This document shows, piece after piece, positions 39,764 to 50,250 of a stretch of 64,000 bases of DNA. Both the position numbers and the translations under genes were made by a program. The stretch spans positions 1 through 64,000 of the forward strand of contig OZ244042.1 in assembly GCA_965215015.1 (NCBI GenBank). Direction: 5' to 3'. Below the pieces are notes generated by a model that did no database searches, was not told the origin of the DNA, and saw only the letters and a program-made list of their open reading frames with translations. The stretch comes from Candidatus Poribacteria bacterium. Its GTDB lineage: Bacteria > Poribacteria > WGA-4E > PCPOR2b. Within the stretch, counting starts at the first letter, position 1. Each line of letters begins with the position of its first letter.

Positions 39764-40774
39764 ATGACACGTATTGGCGTTATCGGCACAGGAGGAATGG
39801 GTAGTGGCCATTGCAATTCGCTGCCCCACGTTGAAAATTGTGAATTTGTCGGCGTTGCGGACCTCCGGTTAGAGGCGGCACAAGCAGTCGCAGAACAGCA
39901 TCAAATCCGTGCATTCCAAGATTACCGTGAACTGCTAGAGATTGTGGAGGGTGTTGTGGTTGCAACGCCACCTGTAGCACATCGGGAGGTTGTCGTTGCA
40001 GCGGCGGAGGCCGGTGTTCACGCTTTTTGCGAAAAACCCCTGTCTCTCACCCTCAGCGATGCAGACGCTATGATTGCAGCTGCAGACAAAGCAGGGACGC
40101 ATCTGATGGTTGGTCAAGTGCTCCGATTCTACCCTGTGCATATCCTCGGCAAGCGTTTGATCGATGACGGTGGGATTGGGGATGTGACCTATATTGAAAC
40201 GGATTATAGCGGGCCCTATCGGGGGCCGCGAGAACGTCCATCAACTTGGTACGGGAGTGTCGGTGGACTTCTGGAAAACGGCATCCACAAATCCGATCTC
40301 ATTAACTGGTATGGTGGAACCGCTCTAACGGTCGCGGCAGAAGTGGGCAGCTTTTCTGGGCACGAAGATTGGGAGGATTACACCGTGTCGCTCATTCGGT
40401 ATGATACGAAAGTTGCTTTGAATCCCAATCGAATCGGGGCAGTGGGTATATTGCGATGGGGTGGGTTCATGGGGGCACGCGGCACAAACGAGACCATCAT
40501 TGATGGATCGAAAGGCTCGCTACGGCTCGATATGGGAGCCGACATGGCGTACCTCAAAAAGATTGGCGAATCGGAATGGAAGGCACTCACTCCCGATCGC
40601 ACGGCACCTCACGGCGTCGTCGGTGAACTGACCCATTTTGTGGAATGTATCCGTGAAGATAAAACACCCCTGATTGATGGCAGAGGCGGGCGTCATGCTG
40701 TTGAAATTGTCTTAGCAACTTACCGTTCAGCAAAGGAAAAGATTAAAGTTATCTTGCCGATGCAGGATCTATAG
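39764..40774 (+). CDS. Gfo/Idh/MocA family oxidoreductase
   Basis: IGVIGTGGMG, HAFCEKP, GGLLENGIHKSD. Confidence 0.92.
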   Translation: MTRIGVIGTGGMGSGHCNSLPHVENCEFVGVADLRLEAAQAVAEQHQIRAFQDYRELLEIVEGVVVATPPVAHREVVVAAAEAGVHAFCEKPLSLTLSDADAMIAAADKAGTHLMVGQVLRFYPVHILGKRLIDDGGIGDVTYIETDYSGPYRGPRERPSTWYGSVGGLLENGIHKSDLINWYGGTALTVAAEVGSFSGHEDWEDYTVSLIRYDTKVALNPNRIGAVGILRWGGFMGARGTNETIIDGSKGSLRLDMGADMAYLKKIGESEWKALTPDRTAPHGVVGELTHFVECIREDKTPLIDGRGGRHAVEIVLATYRSAKEKIKVILPMQDL

Positions 40775-41160
40775 AGAAAATAAGGGGCGGGAGCACATCA
40801 ATCATTCCAGAATCGGACGATTTTCCTAACTGCTTGATATTGCCGTTCTCGCTCATCTTTTATCTTAGCTTGCAGTTACCGTTTTTCAGCATCGGTGAAC
40901 TTCCTCATTGGCAATCATCCCCTTGGGTGCTTTGTCCGAGCAGGCGTACTCGACTAACTACAACGGCTAACGACTTTTTGACTGTTTCCCCACTGTTTTG
41001 AACGGGCAAATCCGTTTTTGGAGGCTTTGGTTCTTACAAGTTGGCGTAGTATCGTCTTCTATCTTTCACTAGCGTATAAGATTGTTAGAAGAATTATATG
41101 ATAAAAATATCTATTAAGACTACACCCCCATTTTTTTATAAAAACTTAATTTGATACAAT

Positions 41161-41404
41161 TAGGAGTTACGCCCTTGAGTGTGTAGTAATGCCATTCAAC
41201 CCGCGTCAAGAGGATAAATTGATCGACAGTAGTCGGTATACGCCGTATGCCGTACCCCCCTTCCCCTGCAAGCAGGGGATGGGGCGTAAGTGAGGAGAAA
41301 TAGACTCAATGAGTCTGTCTCCCCCTGCTTGCGGGGGGACTAAGGGGGGTCTTAGGGGATAAATCGCTGAACTACAAGGCTTCGGGTCAACTGCGTAAGG
41401 CCTA
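41161..41404. mobile_element. 244-bp MITE with TIRs TAGGAGTTACGC / GCGTAAGGCCTA carrying REP palindromes
   Basis: TIR match 10/12; ACAAT direct repeat on both flanks (41156-41160, 41405-41409); internal CCCCTGCAAGCAGGGG and CCCCCTGCTTGCGGGGGG. Confidence 0.75.
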
Positions 41405-41426
41405 ACAATTTTGAATGAGGTTCAAC

Positions 41427-42893
41427 ATGCCTACGAACAGCGAACAAAACCTGCGTCCGAATATCCTCTGGATCTGTACCGACCAGCAGCGTTACGATAC
41501 AATCGGTGCGCTAGGCAACCATTATGTCTCAACCCCGAACATCGATCAGCTGGTCGAAAAGGGGGTCGCTTTTACCCACGCCTACTGCCAGAGCCCAATC
41601 TGCACGCCTAGCCGGGGCAGTTTCCTCACAGGTATGTATCCGAGTGCGGTGCATGTCAACGGAAACGGCAACGAATACTTCCCGGACAATCCACCCCTTG
41701 TAACGCGCCTGCTCGCAGACGCTGGGTACGACTGTGGATTGATTGGCAAGCTACACCTCGCTAGCGCTTATGGTCGTATTGAACCCCGCGTGAACGACGG
41801 ATACCGATATTGGCAGTATAGCCATGCACCCCGCGATGATTGGGAAACGGGACACGACTACGCAGACTGGGTGCGATCCAAAGGGCATACTCTGAGGGAA
41901 TTGACCAAAAGCATTAACGGTGTTCCGGCTGAACTCCATCAAACCACTTGGTGTGCGGAAAAGACGATCGAATTTATCCGACAAGAACGGGACGCGCCGT
42001 GGTTGGCAAGTGTGAATATTTACGACCCTCACCCACCCTTCAATCCGCCCAAAACTTACAGGGATATATTCAATCCGGCGGATATGCCGGGCCCCCTTTT
42101 CCGAGAGAGCGATTTGGAACAGCAGCGGAAGCTCGAAGCAGTTGATTTCCAGTCAAAGGGGCACCCTCCAGAGGAATTGGATATCCGCAGCCCAATCGTG
42201 CCCCAGCCTCCGGGGACAGCGGAGCCGGCTTCAGCGGGAGGACGCGATGCCAAGACCTTGCAAGCAGCATATTACGCTATGATTAAGCTAATCGACGATG
42301 CGCTGGGGTGTATCTTGGAGACACTGGAGGAAACTGGGCAGCGTGAACGGACAGTGATTATCTTCACCAGTGATCACGGAGAAATGCTCGGTGATCATGG
42401 ATTGATTCAGAAGGGCTGTCGGTTTTACGAAGGATTGGTCCGTGTGCCGCTCATCTTTTCTTGCCCCGGATACTTTGAAAGGGGGGTGAGAAGTGATGCG
42501 TTGGTAGGGCTGCTCGATAAGGCACCAACCTTGTTGGATTTGGCTGGTTTGGAAATCCCTGATCGTATACAAGGCATGTCGCTGCTGCCAATCCTCAAGG
42601 GGGAGGTCTCTCCCTCTCATCACCGGGATTTTGTCCGCTGCGAATTCTATGATGCCTTAGATCAGCCGGACAGTACCTTTGCCACGATGTACCGGGATAG
42701 GCGATATAAGCTGGCGATTTACCACGGGCACCAGCACGGAGAACTCTACGACCTTGAAACGGATCCGGGGGAATTTGAAAATCTGTGGGATGTGTCGAGC
42801 GTACAAAACCTCAAGTTGGAGCTGATGAAACGAAGCTATGATGCTTCAATGATGGCGATGGACCGGGGGCCTCGACGAATTGGTCCCATGTGA
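41427..42893 (+). CDS. Sulfatase (Cys-type)
   Basis: PNILWICTDQQR, CTPSRGSFLTG, GKLH, DPHPP, SDHGEMLGDH, ELYDL; start approximate within ORF 41415..42893. Confidence 0.93.
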   Translation: MPTNSEQNLRPNILWICTDQQRYDTIGALGNHYVSTPNIDQLVEKGVAFTHAYCQSPICTPSRGSFLTGMYPSAVHVNGNGNEYFPDNPPLVTRLLADAGYDCGLIGKLHLASAYGRIEPRVNDGYRYWQYSHAPRDDWETGHDYADWVRSKGHTLRELTKSINGVPAELHQTTWCAEKTIEFIRQERDAPWLASVNIYDPHPPFNPPKTYRDIFNPADMPGPLFRESDLEQQRKLEAVDFQSKGHPPEELDIRSPIVPQPPGTAEPASAGGRDAKTLQAAYYAMIKLIDDALGCILETLEETGQRERTVIIFTSDHGEMLGDHGLIQKGCRFYEGLVRVPLIFSCPGYFERGVRSDALVGLLDKAPTLLDLAGLEIPDRIQGMSLLPILKGEVSPSHHRDFVRCEFYDALDQPDSTFATMYRDRRYKLAIYHGHQHGELYDLETDPGEFENLWDVSSVQNLKLELMKRSYDASMMAMDRGPRRIGPM

Positions 42894-42968
42894 TAAAATG
42901 GTTAAATTGAAAACGCACCGCTCACATTTCACTTACACCATTGCAACGAAGAAAAAGGGGCACAACTA

Positions 42969-44405
42969 ATGTCTGATTCCAATAATCGTCAGCCTAATAT
43001 AGTCTTTATTTTAACCGATGATCAGGGACCTTGGGCGGCGGGCTGCTGTGGCAACGATGAAGTTCGCACACCAAACATAGATCGACTTGCGGAGACGGGT
43101 GTTCTCTTCGATAACTTTTTCTGTACCTCTCCCGTCTGTTCTCCAGCTCGGGCTAGTCTGATGACCGGACGGATTCCATCAGCGCATGGTGTACACGACT
43201 GGATTCGGGATGGGAATATGCCGCCGAATTCCGCGAGGTATCTTGAAGGTCTGACGTGCTACACCGATGTGCTCGGTGAAAACGGCTACACCGTCGGTCT
43301 CAGTGGGAAGTGGCACCTCGGCGATAGTATGACCCCACAGCACGGCTTCAGTCACTGGTTTGCGATGCCACTGGGTGGTAGTAAGTATAATGACGCAGAG
43401 ATGATTCGGGACGGAGCTGTGGCAGTGCAGCCCGGCTACGTTACCGATATCATCACGAACGACGCCTTGCAGTTTATTGAGGCAAACAAAAATCAACCTT
43501 TTTACCTCAGTGTTCACTACAACGCACCCCACACGCCGTTCGACGGGCACCCACAGGATATTGTGGATTCTTACGATGATTGTCCATTCAAAACGTGTCC
43601 CCAAGAAGCGGCACACCCGTGGGCTGTCCCCGGTGCTCGGATACATTTAGGAAACAGGGAATCGTTGAAGGGCTACTTTGCGGCGATTACAGCAATGGAC
43701 TTGAACGTCGGTCACATTCTAGAGAAGCTTGAGGGGCTTGGCCTGCGAGAAGACACACTAATCATCTTCAGCAGCGACAACGGCTATTCCTGTGGACATC
43801 ACGGGTTCTGGCACAAAGGAAATGGCACCTTCCCGCTGAATATGTATGAGAACTCCGTCAAGGTGCCCTTTATTATGAGCCACCCCGGAGAGCTTCCACA
43901 GGGGCGCGTTACCACAGCGATGGCAAGTCAATACGATTTCATGCCGACCCTGCTTGACTACCTCGGCTTGGAGATGCCAGCAGATCCATTGCGCCCCGGG
44001 CGGAGTTTCCGAGCAGCTTTGCTCGGTGAAACGGACGACGCACAGGATGAGGTCGTCATTTTTGACGAATACGGTCCCGTCCGAATGATTCGGACGCAGG
44101 AGTGGAAATATGTGCACCGCTACCCTTATGGGCCCCATGAACTCTATGATCTGGTGAACGATCCAGACGAGCGGAAAAACCTCGTGGACGAGAAATCGAA
44201 GGGCGCACTGGTGAAGGAGATGCGTCAACAACTCGCCTCCTGGTTCAGCCGATATGTTTTGCCGGAGCTTGACGGGACACGATTCCAAGTTACAGGTCTG
44301 GGTCATGCTGCCAAGATTGAGCCGGGGGCCTGTGGTGAAGGTGCTTTCCATCCGCTGCCAGAGGACTGGCACGAAGTCCGACAACGGCTATTCCAGCATA
44401 GGTAG
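42969..44405 (+). CDS. Sulfatase (Cys-type)
   Basis: PNIVFILTDDQG, CSPARASLMTG, GKWHLG, SDNG, ELYDL. Confidence 0.93.
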   Translation: MSDSNNRQPNIVFILTDDQGPWAAGCCGNDEVRTPNIDRLAETGVLFDNFFCTSPVCSPARASLMTGRIPSAHGVHDWIRDGNMPPNSARYLEGLTCYTDVLGENGYTVGLSGKWHLGDSMTPQHGFSHWFAMPLGGSKYNDAEMIRDGAVAVQPGYVTDIITNDALQFIEANKNQPFYLSVHYNAPHTPFDGHPQDIVDSYDDCPFKTCPQEAAHPWAVPGARIHLGNRESLKGYFAAITAMDLNVGHILEKLEGLGLREDTLIIFSSDNGYSCGHHGFWHKGNGTFPLNMYENSVKVPFIMSHPGELPQGRVTTAMASQYDFMPTLLDYLGLEMPADPLRPGRSFRAALLGETDDAQDEVVIFDEYGPVRMIRTQEWKYVHRYPYGPHELYDLVNDPDERKNLVDEKSKGALVKEMRQQLASWFSRYVLPELDGTRFQVTGLGHAAKIEPGACGEGAFHPLPEDWHEVRQRLFQHR

Positions 44406-44519
44406 GCACCGGTTAGGCAAGCGAGAATAAGTCACCCCTGCAATTGGATTAAACAGGTACTCGCTCAAAGCATCCAATAGAAGGTTTTATTTGGGTCAAT
44501 TGGAGAAAATCTGACGAAA

Positions 44520-44765
44520 GAAATGAAACAGGAACCTTTCCTGGCGAATCGGAGAACGGGAAGCCGGTTCGATCGCTTTCTCGTTTTCTAACTCTCCCGT
44601 TTTCTTTTTTTTGCGTTCCCCTTCCCCCTGCTTGCGGGGGGATTGAGGGGGGTCCCTTCCCTCCCCCTGCTTGCGGGAGGACTGAGGGGGGTGCCTTCCC
44701 TCCCCCTGCTCGCGGGGGGACTGAGGGGGGTGTCCCCGCGTTTTATTAAAAGCCAGTAACTACTT
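44520..44765. repeat. Dispersed repeat with three tandem REP units (period ~36 bp)
   Basis: CCCCCTGCTTGCGGGGGGA(C/T)TGAGGGGGG three times at ~44623-44730; flanks match 1-105 and the 56.5-56.9 kb units. Confidence 0.88.
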
Positions 44766-44904
44766 ATTGCCACAAAAAATACTGCGTAACGAGTAATGCG
44801 TCAGAAGATCGTTACTATTACTTACGCATCACGGATTATGCATCCACTACGACTGCATCTGGAGTGCGTAAGTGCTTTCAAAACAGATTTCACAGGAGAT
44901 TACA

Positions 44905-46245
44905 ATGGAAAACAGAGTAACCGAAGATGTCACGGCTTCACTAGAGGAGAGCTATCGAGCGCGCACCCCACGGTCTCGGGAACTCTTTAAGCAGGCGCGA
45001 AAGACGATGCCCGGTGGGGCGAAAGGTGCCTATTTTCATCAACCGTATCCTCTCACAATGGCGCGCGGCGAGGGATGTTATCTGTACGATGTCGAAGGGC
45101 AGCGATATGTGGATTTCGCCAACCATCACACAGCACAGATACTGGGACACAATCACCCCGCAGTCATAGATGCTATTGAGAAACAGATGGCGAAGGGCAT
45201 TGCGTTGGGTGCACCGGTCGGCGTTGAGGCAGAGTTGTGCGAGGAGATGTGCCACCGGGTGGCATCCCTGGACCGGATTCGATTCTGTAACTCCGGCACC
45301 GAAGCGACACTGCACGCTATACGGCTAGCGCGCGGCGTCAGTGGACGGGCTAAGATCGCTAAGTTTGAGGGCGGCTACCACGGCAGTCACGATGTCGTCG
45401 AAATCAGTTCCGCCCCGTCTTTGGACAAAGTGGGCCCCGAAACAGCTCCCAACTCCGTTCCTTCAACAGGCGGGCTATCTCCACACGCGGCAGAAGAGGT
45501 AATTGTTCTCCCCTACAACGATGAGGCTTCGGTGGAACGCCTCGTCACGCAGCACCGTGATGAGTTAGCGTGCATTATTTTCGATACCAAAGCGGGCATC
45601 GTGCCGCAACGTAGAGAATTCGTGCAATTTGTCGGGGAGATAGCACACAAAAACGACCTGCTGTTTATTTTGGATGAAATTGTCGGTTTCCGAGTAGGGA
45701 CAGGCGGATTGCAGGAATACTACGGCATTACGCCCGACTTGACCGCCTATGGCAAGATTGTTGGCGGCGGTTTTCCTGTCGGCGCGTTTGGTGGACGATC
45801 GGATATTATGGATTTGCTAGATGGTACGCGCGGCAGCTCCGGTTTCTTCCAGAGCGGCACATTCAGCGCACATCCCATCACAATGGTAGCTGGTTTGGCA
45901 ACCTTGAGACAACTCACACCTGAAGCTTTCGCCCACCTGAACGGATTAGCCGCCCGGCTGCGTGTCGGCCTGAATGAACTGTTCGCCCGTGAAAATATCG
46001 CAGCGAAAGCGGTGAATACTGGCTCAGTGTTTAGCATTCACTTTACCAGCGAAGACCTCGTCAACTATCGCAGCCTCGCTCGCACCGATAAGGCAATGGC
46101 ACATCGCGTCTTCCTCGCGCTGTTAACAGAAGGCTATTTCTTGAGTCATGGGTTGTCTATGAACGCAATCTCACTGCCGACTGAAACCAGCCATGTGGAC
46201 GAATTGATAGAGACGGTAGGACGCGTTATCAAACAATCGCAGTGA
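44905..46245 (+). CDS. Class III PLP aminotransferase (HemL-like paralogue)
   Basis: NSGTEATLHAIR, EGGYHG, LDEIVGFR, GKIVGGGFPVGAFGG, SGTFSAHP; RBS AGGAG before ATG 44905. Confidence 0.9.
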   Translation: MENRVTEDVTASLEESYRARTPRSRELFKQARKTMPGGAKGAYFHQPYPLTMARGEGCYLYDVEGQRYVDFANHHTAQILGHNHPAVIDAIEKQMAKGIALGAPVGVEAELCEEMCHRVASLDRIRFCNSGTEATLHAIRLARGVSGRAKIAKFEGGYHGSHDVVEISSAPSLDKVGPETAPNSVPSTGGLSPHAAEEVIVLPYNDEASVERLVTQHRDELACIIFDTKAGIVPQRREFVQFVGEIAHKNDLLFILDEIVGFRVGTGGLQEYYGITPDLTAYGKIVGGGFPVGAFGGRSDIMDLLDGTRGSSGFFQSGTFSAHPITMVAGLATLRQLTPEAFAHLNGLAARLRVGLNELFARENIAAKAVNTGSVFSIHFTSEDLVNYRSLARTDKAMAHRVFLALLTEGYFLSHGLSMNAISLPTETSHVDELIETVGRVIKQSQ

Positions 46246-46273
46246 GCAACAGTGAGCAACAGGAGGAATAGTT

Positions 46274-47461
46274 ATGCACAGTGCTGATACCCATGCCTAC
46301 GATCTCCTTGTCCGCGCCGGGCGCGTTGTATGTCCGGCAACTGGACTGGATGGGCCAGGCATAGTCGCGGTTCGTGGAGATCGAATCGTCGCTGTCGGTG
46401 ATCAGATTGATGGGGCCGCGCGGGAGACACTAAATTTCCCGGATGCCATGCTGCTGCCGGGATTGGTGGACATGCACGCCCACCCCGCCCGTGAAGGCTC
46501 AAAGTATGGTGTTGACCCCGATGTTCACTTCCTCCCCCGTGGAGCGACGACCGTGCTTTCCCAAGGGGATGCAGGTGCCGGCAATTGGCCCCGATACCGT
46601 GAATCGATCATCGAAGGCGCGCAGACACGCGTCCGGTTGGCTATCAATCTCTCCGTTACGGGGGAATCGAACCCGGCGAGCGGCTGTTTCGAGAATTTGG
46701 ACGATGTGGATGTAGATGCCTGTGTGGCAGCGATTGAAGATGGAGGGGAGGCAATCTGGGGTATTGCCGCCAACATAGCCAAATCCTGTGCCGGTGATAA
46801 TGACCCTCGCGAGATTCTGAACCGGGCGTTGGCAGCCGGCAATCAAACAGATCGCCCACTACTCTTGGGCACGCGGCGGGATGCGGATTTTCCTTTGGAC
46901 GAGCAATTAGCACTGTTACGCCCCGGAGATGTAATCACTTACTGTTTTCAGAGCGATCTGGATTGTCTCGTGATGGACGGCCGTATCAAGGATGAGGCGT
47001 GGGCAGCTCGTGAGAAAGGGATACTGTTCGATATCGGGCACGGCATGAATTCATTCCACTTTGACGTGGCAGAGATAGCAATCGCGAACGGATTCCTACC
47101 AGACACCATCTCGACAGACCAATATATCCGACATGTGAATAGCAACCCGCAACATGATTTACCCCGTACCCTTTCTAAGTTAATCGCTGCCGGCATGTCT
47201 GAAGCGGACGCGTTGGCACGGGTGACGGTGTGTCCCGCAGAATTTCTCGGGCTGTCCGGGGAGGTTGGGACGTTGTCGCCCGGTGCTTGTGCAGACCTCG
47301 CCGTGTTGCGTTTCAATCAAGATGCGCTACCGCTGCAAGATGTCAAGGGACTGGAGCGGCCTGGAGGCTGTTGGGAACCGATTTTCACTGTGCGGGCGGG
47401 GGAGATTGTCCGCACCAAGACGACTGCCGCGACCGCTTCTACCACTCTTGGTAGATCTTAG
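46274..47461 (+). CDS. Amidohydrolase/deacetylase (dihydroorotase-like)
   Basis: PGLVDMHAH, LRPGDVITY, FDIGHG..SF, PDTISTD, GTLSPGACADLAV. Confidence 0.88.
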   Translation: MHSADTHAYDLLVRAGRVVCPATGLDGPGIVAVRGDRIVAVGDQIDGAARETLNFPDAMLLPGLVDMHAHPAREGSKYGVDPDVHFLPRGATTVLSQGDAGAGNWPRYRESIIEGAQTRVRLAINLSVTGESNPASGCFENLDDVDVDACVAAIEDGGEAIWGIAANIAKSCAGDNDPREILNRALAAGNQTDRPLLLGTRRDADFPLDEQLALLRPGDVITYCFQSDLDCLVMDGRIKDEAWAAREKGILFDIGHGMNSFHFDVAEIAIANGFLPDTISTDQYIRHVNSNPQHDLPRTLSKLIAAGMSEADALARVTVCPAEFLGLSGEVGTLSPGACADLAVLRFNQDALPLQDVKGLERPGGCWEPIFTVRAGEIVRTKTTAATASTTLGRS

Positions 47462-47476
47462 ATGCTCACGTAGCGG

Positions 47477-47803
47477 GGAATTGCCCACGACATTCTTGGC
47501 GACCGAACCGGATTACGAACCCATACGCGTGGGACGAGTCTCGTGAATCCGGTAACGAAAATGGAAACCGACGCACAACTTGAAGTGTGAGCGCATAATC
47601 GGGGCTCCGCAGATGTTACAGCGTTGGGTAAATATTATCGCCGCATCGTGCACAACGATGGCGAAATCATCGTTGAAACTTGCTGCCATCTTCAAAGCAC
47701 CGAAACAGCGTTTCACGTCACGATTGAGCTGTATATCACCGTCAACGGCTTACCGCACCATCAACGGCGGTGGGTACGGACGTTTCCCCGCGCCTTGCTG
47801 TGA
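47477..47803 (+). pseudogene. C-terminal remnant of a probable CocE/NonD-family hydrolase
   Basis: IAHDILGDRTG..LEV*AHN..LQSTETAFHVTIELYITVNGLPHHQRRWVRTFPRALL*; internal stop and no N-terminus. Confidence 0.55.
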
Positions 47804-48085
47804 AATTCCATTAAGGTTGCCGCAGATTTGTGGATATAGTAAAATAGAGACCCAAACGGCAAACAGTATCTTAGATAGACAGCCGAGGATATAGGATGAA
47901 GGTCACTGCCTTCATGCAATCGTCGTCATTGCATATAATGACGAGTTTGTTTACGTTAAAGATTTGAAGTTTACGAACGCGCCCCAAAAAGTCATATAGC
48001 AAGATTTTTCTGCTGCATGGGATGCGGTAGGATATTTCAGAGCAATTCTCGCAAAATAGCTATAAACTGAAAGGAGCTACTAATT

Positions 48086-48940
48086 ATGGACCTTACACGA
48101 CAGCCACCACGGCGTCCATCAAACCTGAGCCTCGCCGGCATTGTCGGCGCAGCACGAATGACCGACAAAGCCAGAGCGCATAACAACGGAACGACCGGCG
48201 ATTACCTCTACGGAGAGGATTCCGGTCTAGACCAGAAAGTTCTCGAACTACTGGGAATTGCAGCCGATGACTTTGCCAAAGCTGCTGATGAACACGATGA
48301 TGAAACCTTGCAGGCGTGGGTGTTCAAAAACTCGAGCGTTACGGAGACAGAGATTGATGCGTTTAATCAGCGGGAATTGAGCCTTGAGCCGCCGAACGAG
48401 GAGTATAAGCAACGCTTGAGAGATCGGCTTGCCAAGTACGCCCCCGGTAGGACAGATATCACAACAGTACTTCAATCGGTAGAACTAGATGATTGGGGTG
48501 GTTTCTGGCAGGTTGACTTGACGGTCGGCCCCCCGCGTAGTCCCCATTCTAAGGAGGTCGTAGGCTGCCATGGTGTCGCACGGATGGCAGATAAAGCGCG
48601 CGCAGCACGCGCCGGAAAAATCGGAGAATATCGGTATGGCGAGGATTCCGGACAGGATAGACGTATCTTGGAGTTTCTCGGTATCTCTGAGGAAGATTTC
48701 CAAGATGCCGCGGTCAACAACCCCAACGACATTGAGATTGGTACATGGGTGCTTGAAAACAGCGGTAAAGGGGCAGATGAAATCGCAGCCTTCAATGAAC
48801 GTATGGCAAATTGGGGGCCTGAGGATGAGTCGTCAAGAGCCTATTTTGAAAAGCGGCGTCAAGAGGTAGATCCAAGCCGTACAGACATTAAGACTTGGGC
48901 AGACCTTCAAGACATTGACGACAAACTCAGTTTCGAGTAG
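48086..48940 (+). CDS. Tandem DUF5069-like domain protein
   Basis: Two internal copies of DLT..PPR.P..ARM.DKARA..G.Y.YGEDSG.D..LE.LGI. Confidence 0.8.
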   Translation: MDLTRQPPRRPSNLSLAGIVGAARMTDKARAHNNGTTGDYLYGEDSGLDQKVLELLGIAADDFAKAADEHDDETLQAWVFKNSSVTETEIDAFNQRELSLEPPNEEYKQRLRDRLAKYAPGRTDITTVLQSVELDDWGGFWQVDLTVGPPRSPHSKEVVGCHGVARMADKARAARAGKIGEYRYGEDSGQDRRILEFLGISEEDFQDAAVNNPNDIEIGTWVLENSGKGADEIAAFNERMANWGPEDESSRAYFEKRRQEVDPSRTDIKTWADLQDIDDKLSFE

Positions 48941-49977
48941 GCCGAAAATTGAGTATATCGAGGACGGTTGCGGTTTTATCATCGACAAGCACGACCCCCA
49001 GATTGCCCCAACCGTGATTGTGGTAACTGACAAACCAAGCAAACCCTTGAAATAAGGCGTATCCGTGCACACCTGTGTGCGCTGTTAGGTGTGTACGGAC
49101 ACGTTCATCCCTATTAGCAATCCTCAACGCTTGTGTGGATGTTAATTGTGGAGCAGGACTGATAGATGGACGGGATAAGTCCCTCAACATAGATTCTGCT
49201 TCGGTGGGCAAGGTTTTTGTCGGTTTGCCCTCAGCGAGTTCGCGTAACAGGGCTGCCCATTGACGATATGCGTTTCGGACTTTTTCATACTGCGTGACAC
49301 AGTTCGCCTCTACCTTTGAGAGGTCATTTGCCGCACGACGGGAAATTACCTCTCGGCCCACGCCCTCTGCTGCGCCACCGACCGCATCGCGATTCAGAGC
49401 ACTCCACCGGAAATAGGCGACTGTTATCTCGTTATATTGGTCAGCACACATCTCCGCAGCATCGGCTTCGAGATAAAGAACAGCGGCAAAATTCCCCCTC
49501 CTTTTGAAAATTTCCTGTTCCACTCTAAAAAAACTAGGGTAGATACCGTAATGATAAAATCGATTCGGATAGATCTGTGCCCACGTTGAAATAAACTGCG
49601 TAATTTTCTCGTGTTCCACCTCCAGTTCGGGCGAAGTCCCCTCTATTTCTGACCTTTTCCACTTTGCCTTCGCAGCCTTTAGATGGTATTCTCGCCGTTT
49701 CTTTATATTCGCTAATTCTCTACGACTCCGCTCCACCCGTACATCTTTTCCATGACGGAGATAGTAGCGAATTTGGATTTCCGTCATCGGAATAGAGATG
49801 ATTTTCAGACAGTCCGCAGCTGCTTCGTGCCACAGGGCTGCCTTGGCAAAGTTTCCCTCCCGTTCATACCGCTGGATCATAGCCGTAGCGTTGGCGGTGC
49901 CTTCACGAACTGCATGGCACAGTTGAACATAGCAAATCAACGCCCAAAGAACGATGAGGGAGTAGATTATCTTCATC
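48927..49977 (-). CDS. Hypothetical secreted helical protein
   Basis: Signal peptide MKIIYSLIVLWALICYVQLCHA within ORF 48927..50015; internal repeat GNFA..A..CA/CL. Confidence 0.7.
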
Positions 49978-50212
49978 TTGATAGATTCAATATTTTGGGC
50001 AGGCACAAGCCCCATCCCTACATTTGGTTAATTGCTATAGGGGCAACCCTTGTAGTTATCCTGCCGTAGGTCAATTTTCCAAAATCGACAATGCCTAGAC
50101 TCTAGCGCGAAAGTTCGGCTAATTGAGCCAAGATTGTAGTGGGGCAGGCCGGGTATTTTGTCGAGATATGAACCTCGACCGACCTGCTGTGCTAGTATTT
50201 TCCACGATTTGC

Positions 50213-50240
50213 GTTATATCACACCCATGTGTGATTGAAA
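50213..50240 (-). promoter_or_regulatory. Putative promoter with an ATCACA-N6-TGTGAT operator
   Basis: Minus strand reads TTTCAATCACACATGGGTGTGATATAAC, same layout as 38299-38326. Confidence 0.45.
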
Positions 50241-50250
50241 TGTCGAACTG

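Noticed and set aside
44620-44730. Three ~36-bp tandem units as a CRISPR array
   Set aside because: No unique spacers and no cas genes; the same unit is dispersed as a REP
44905-46245. Second true hemL
   Set aside because: Lacks the PGGVNSPVR and GTLSGNP signatures and sits in a catabolic context
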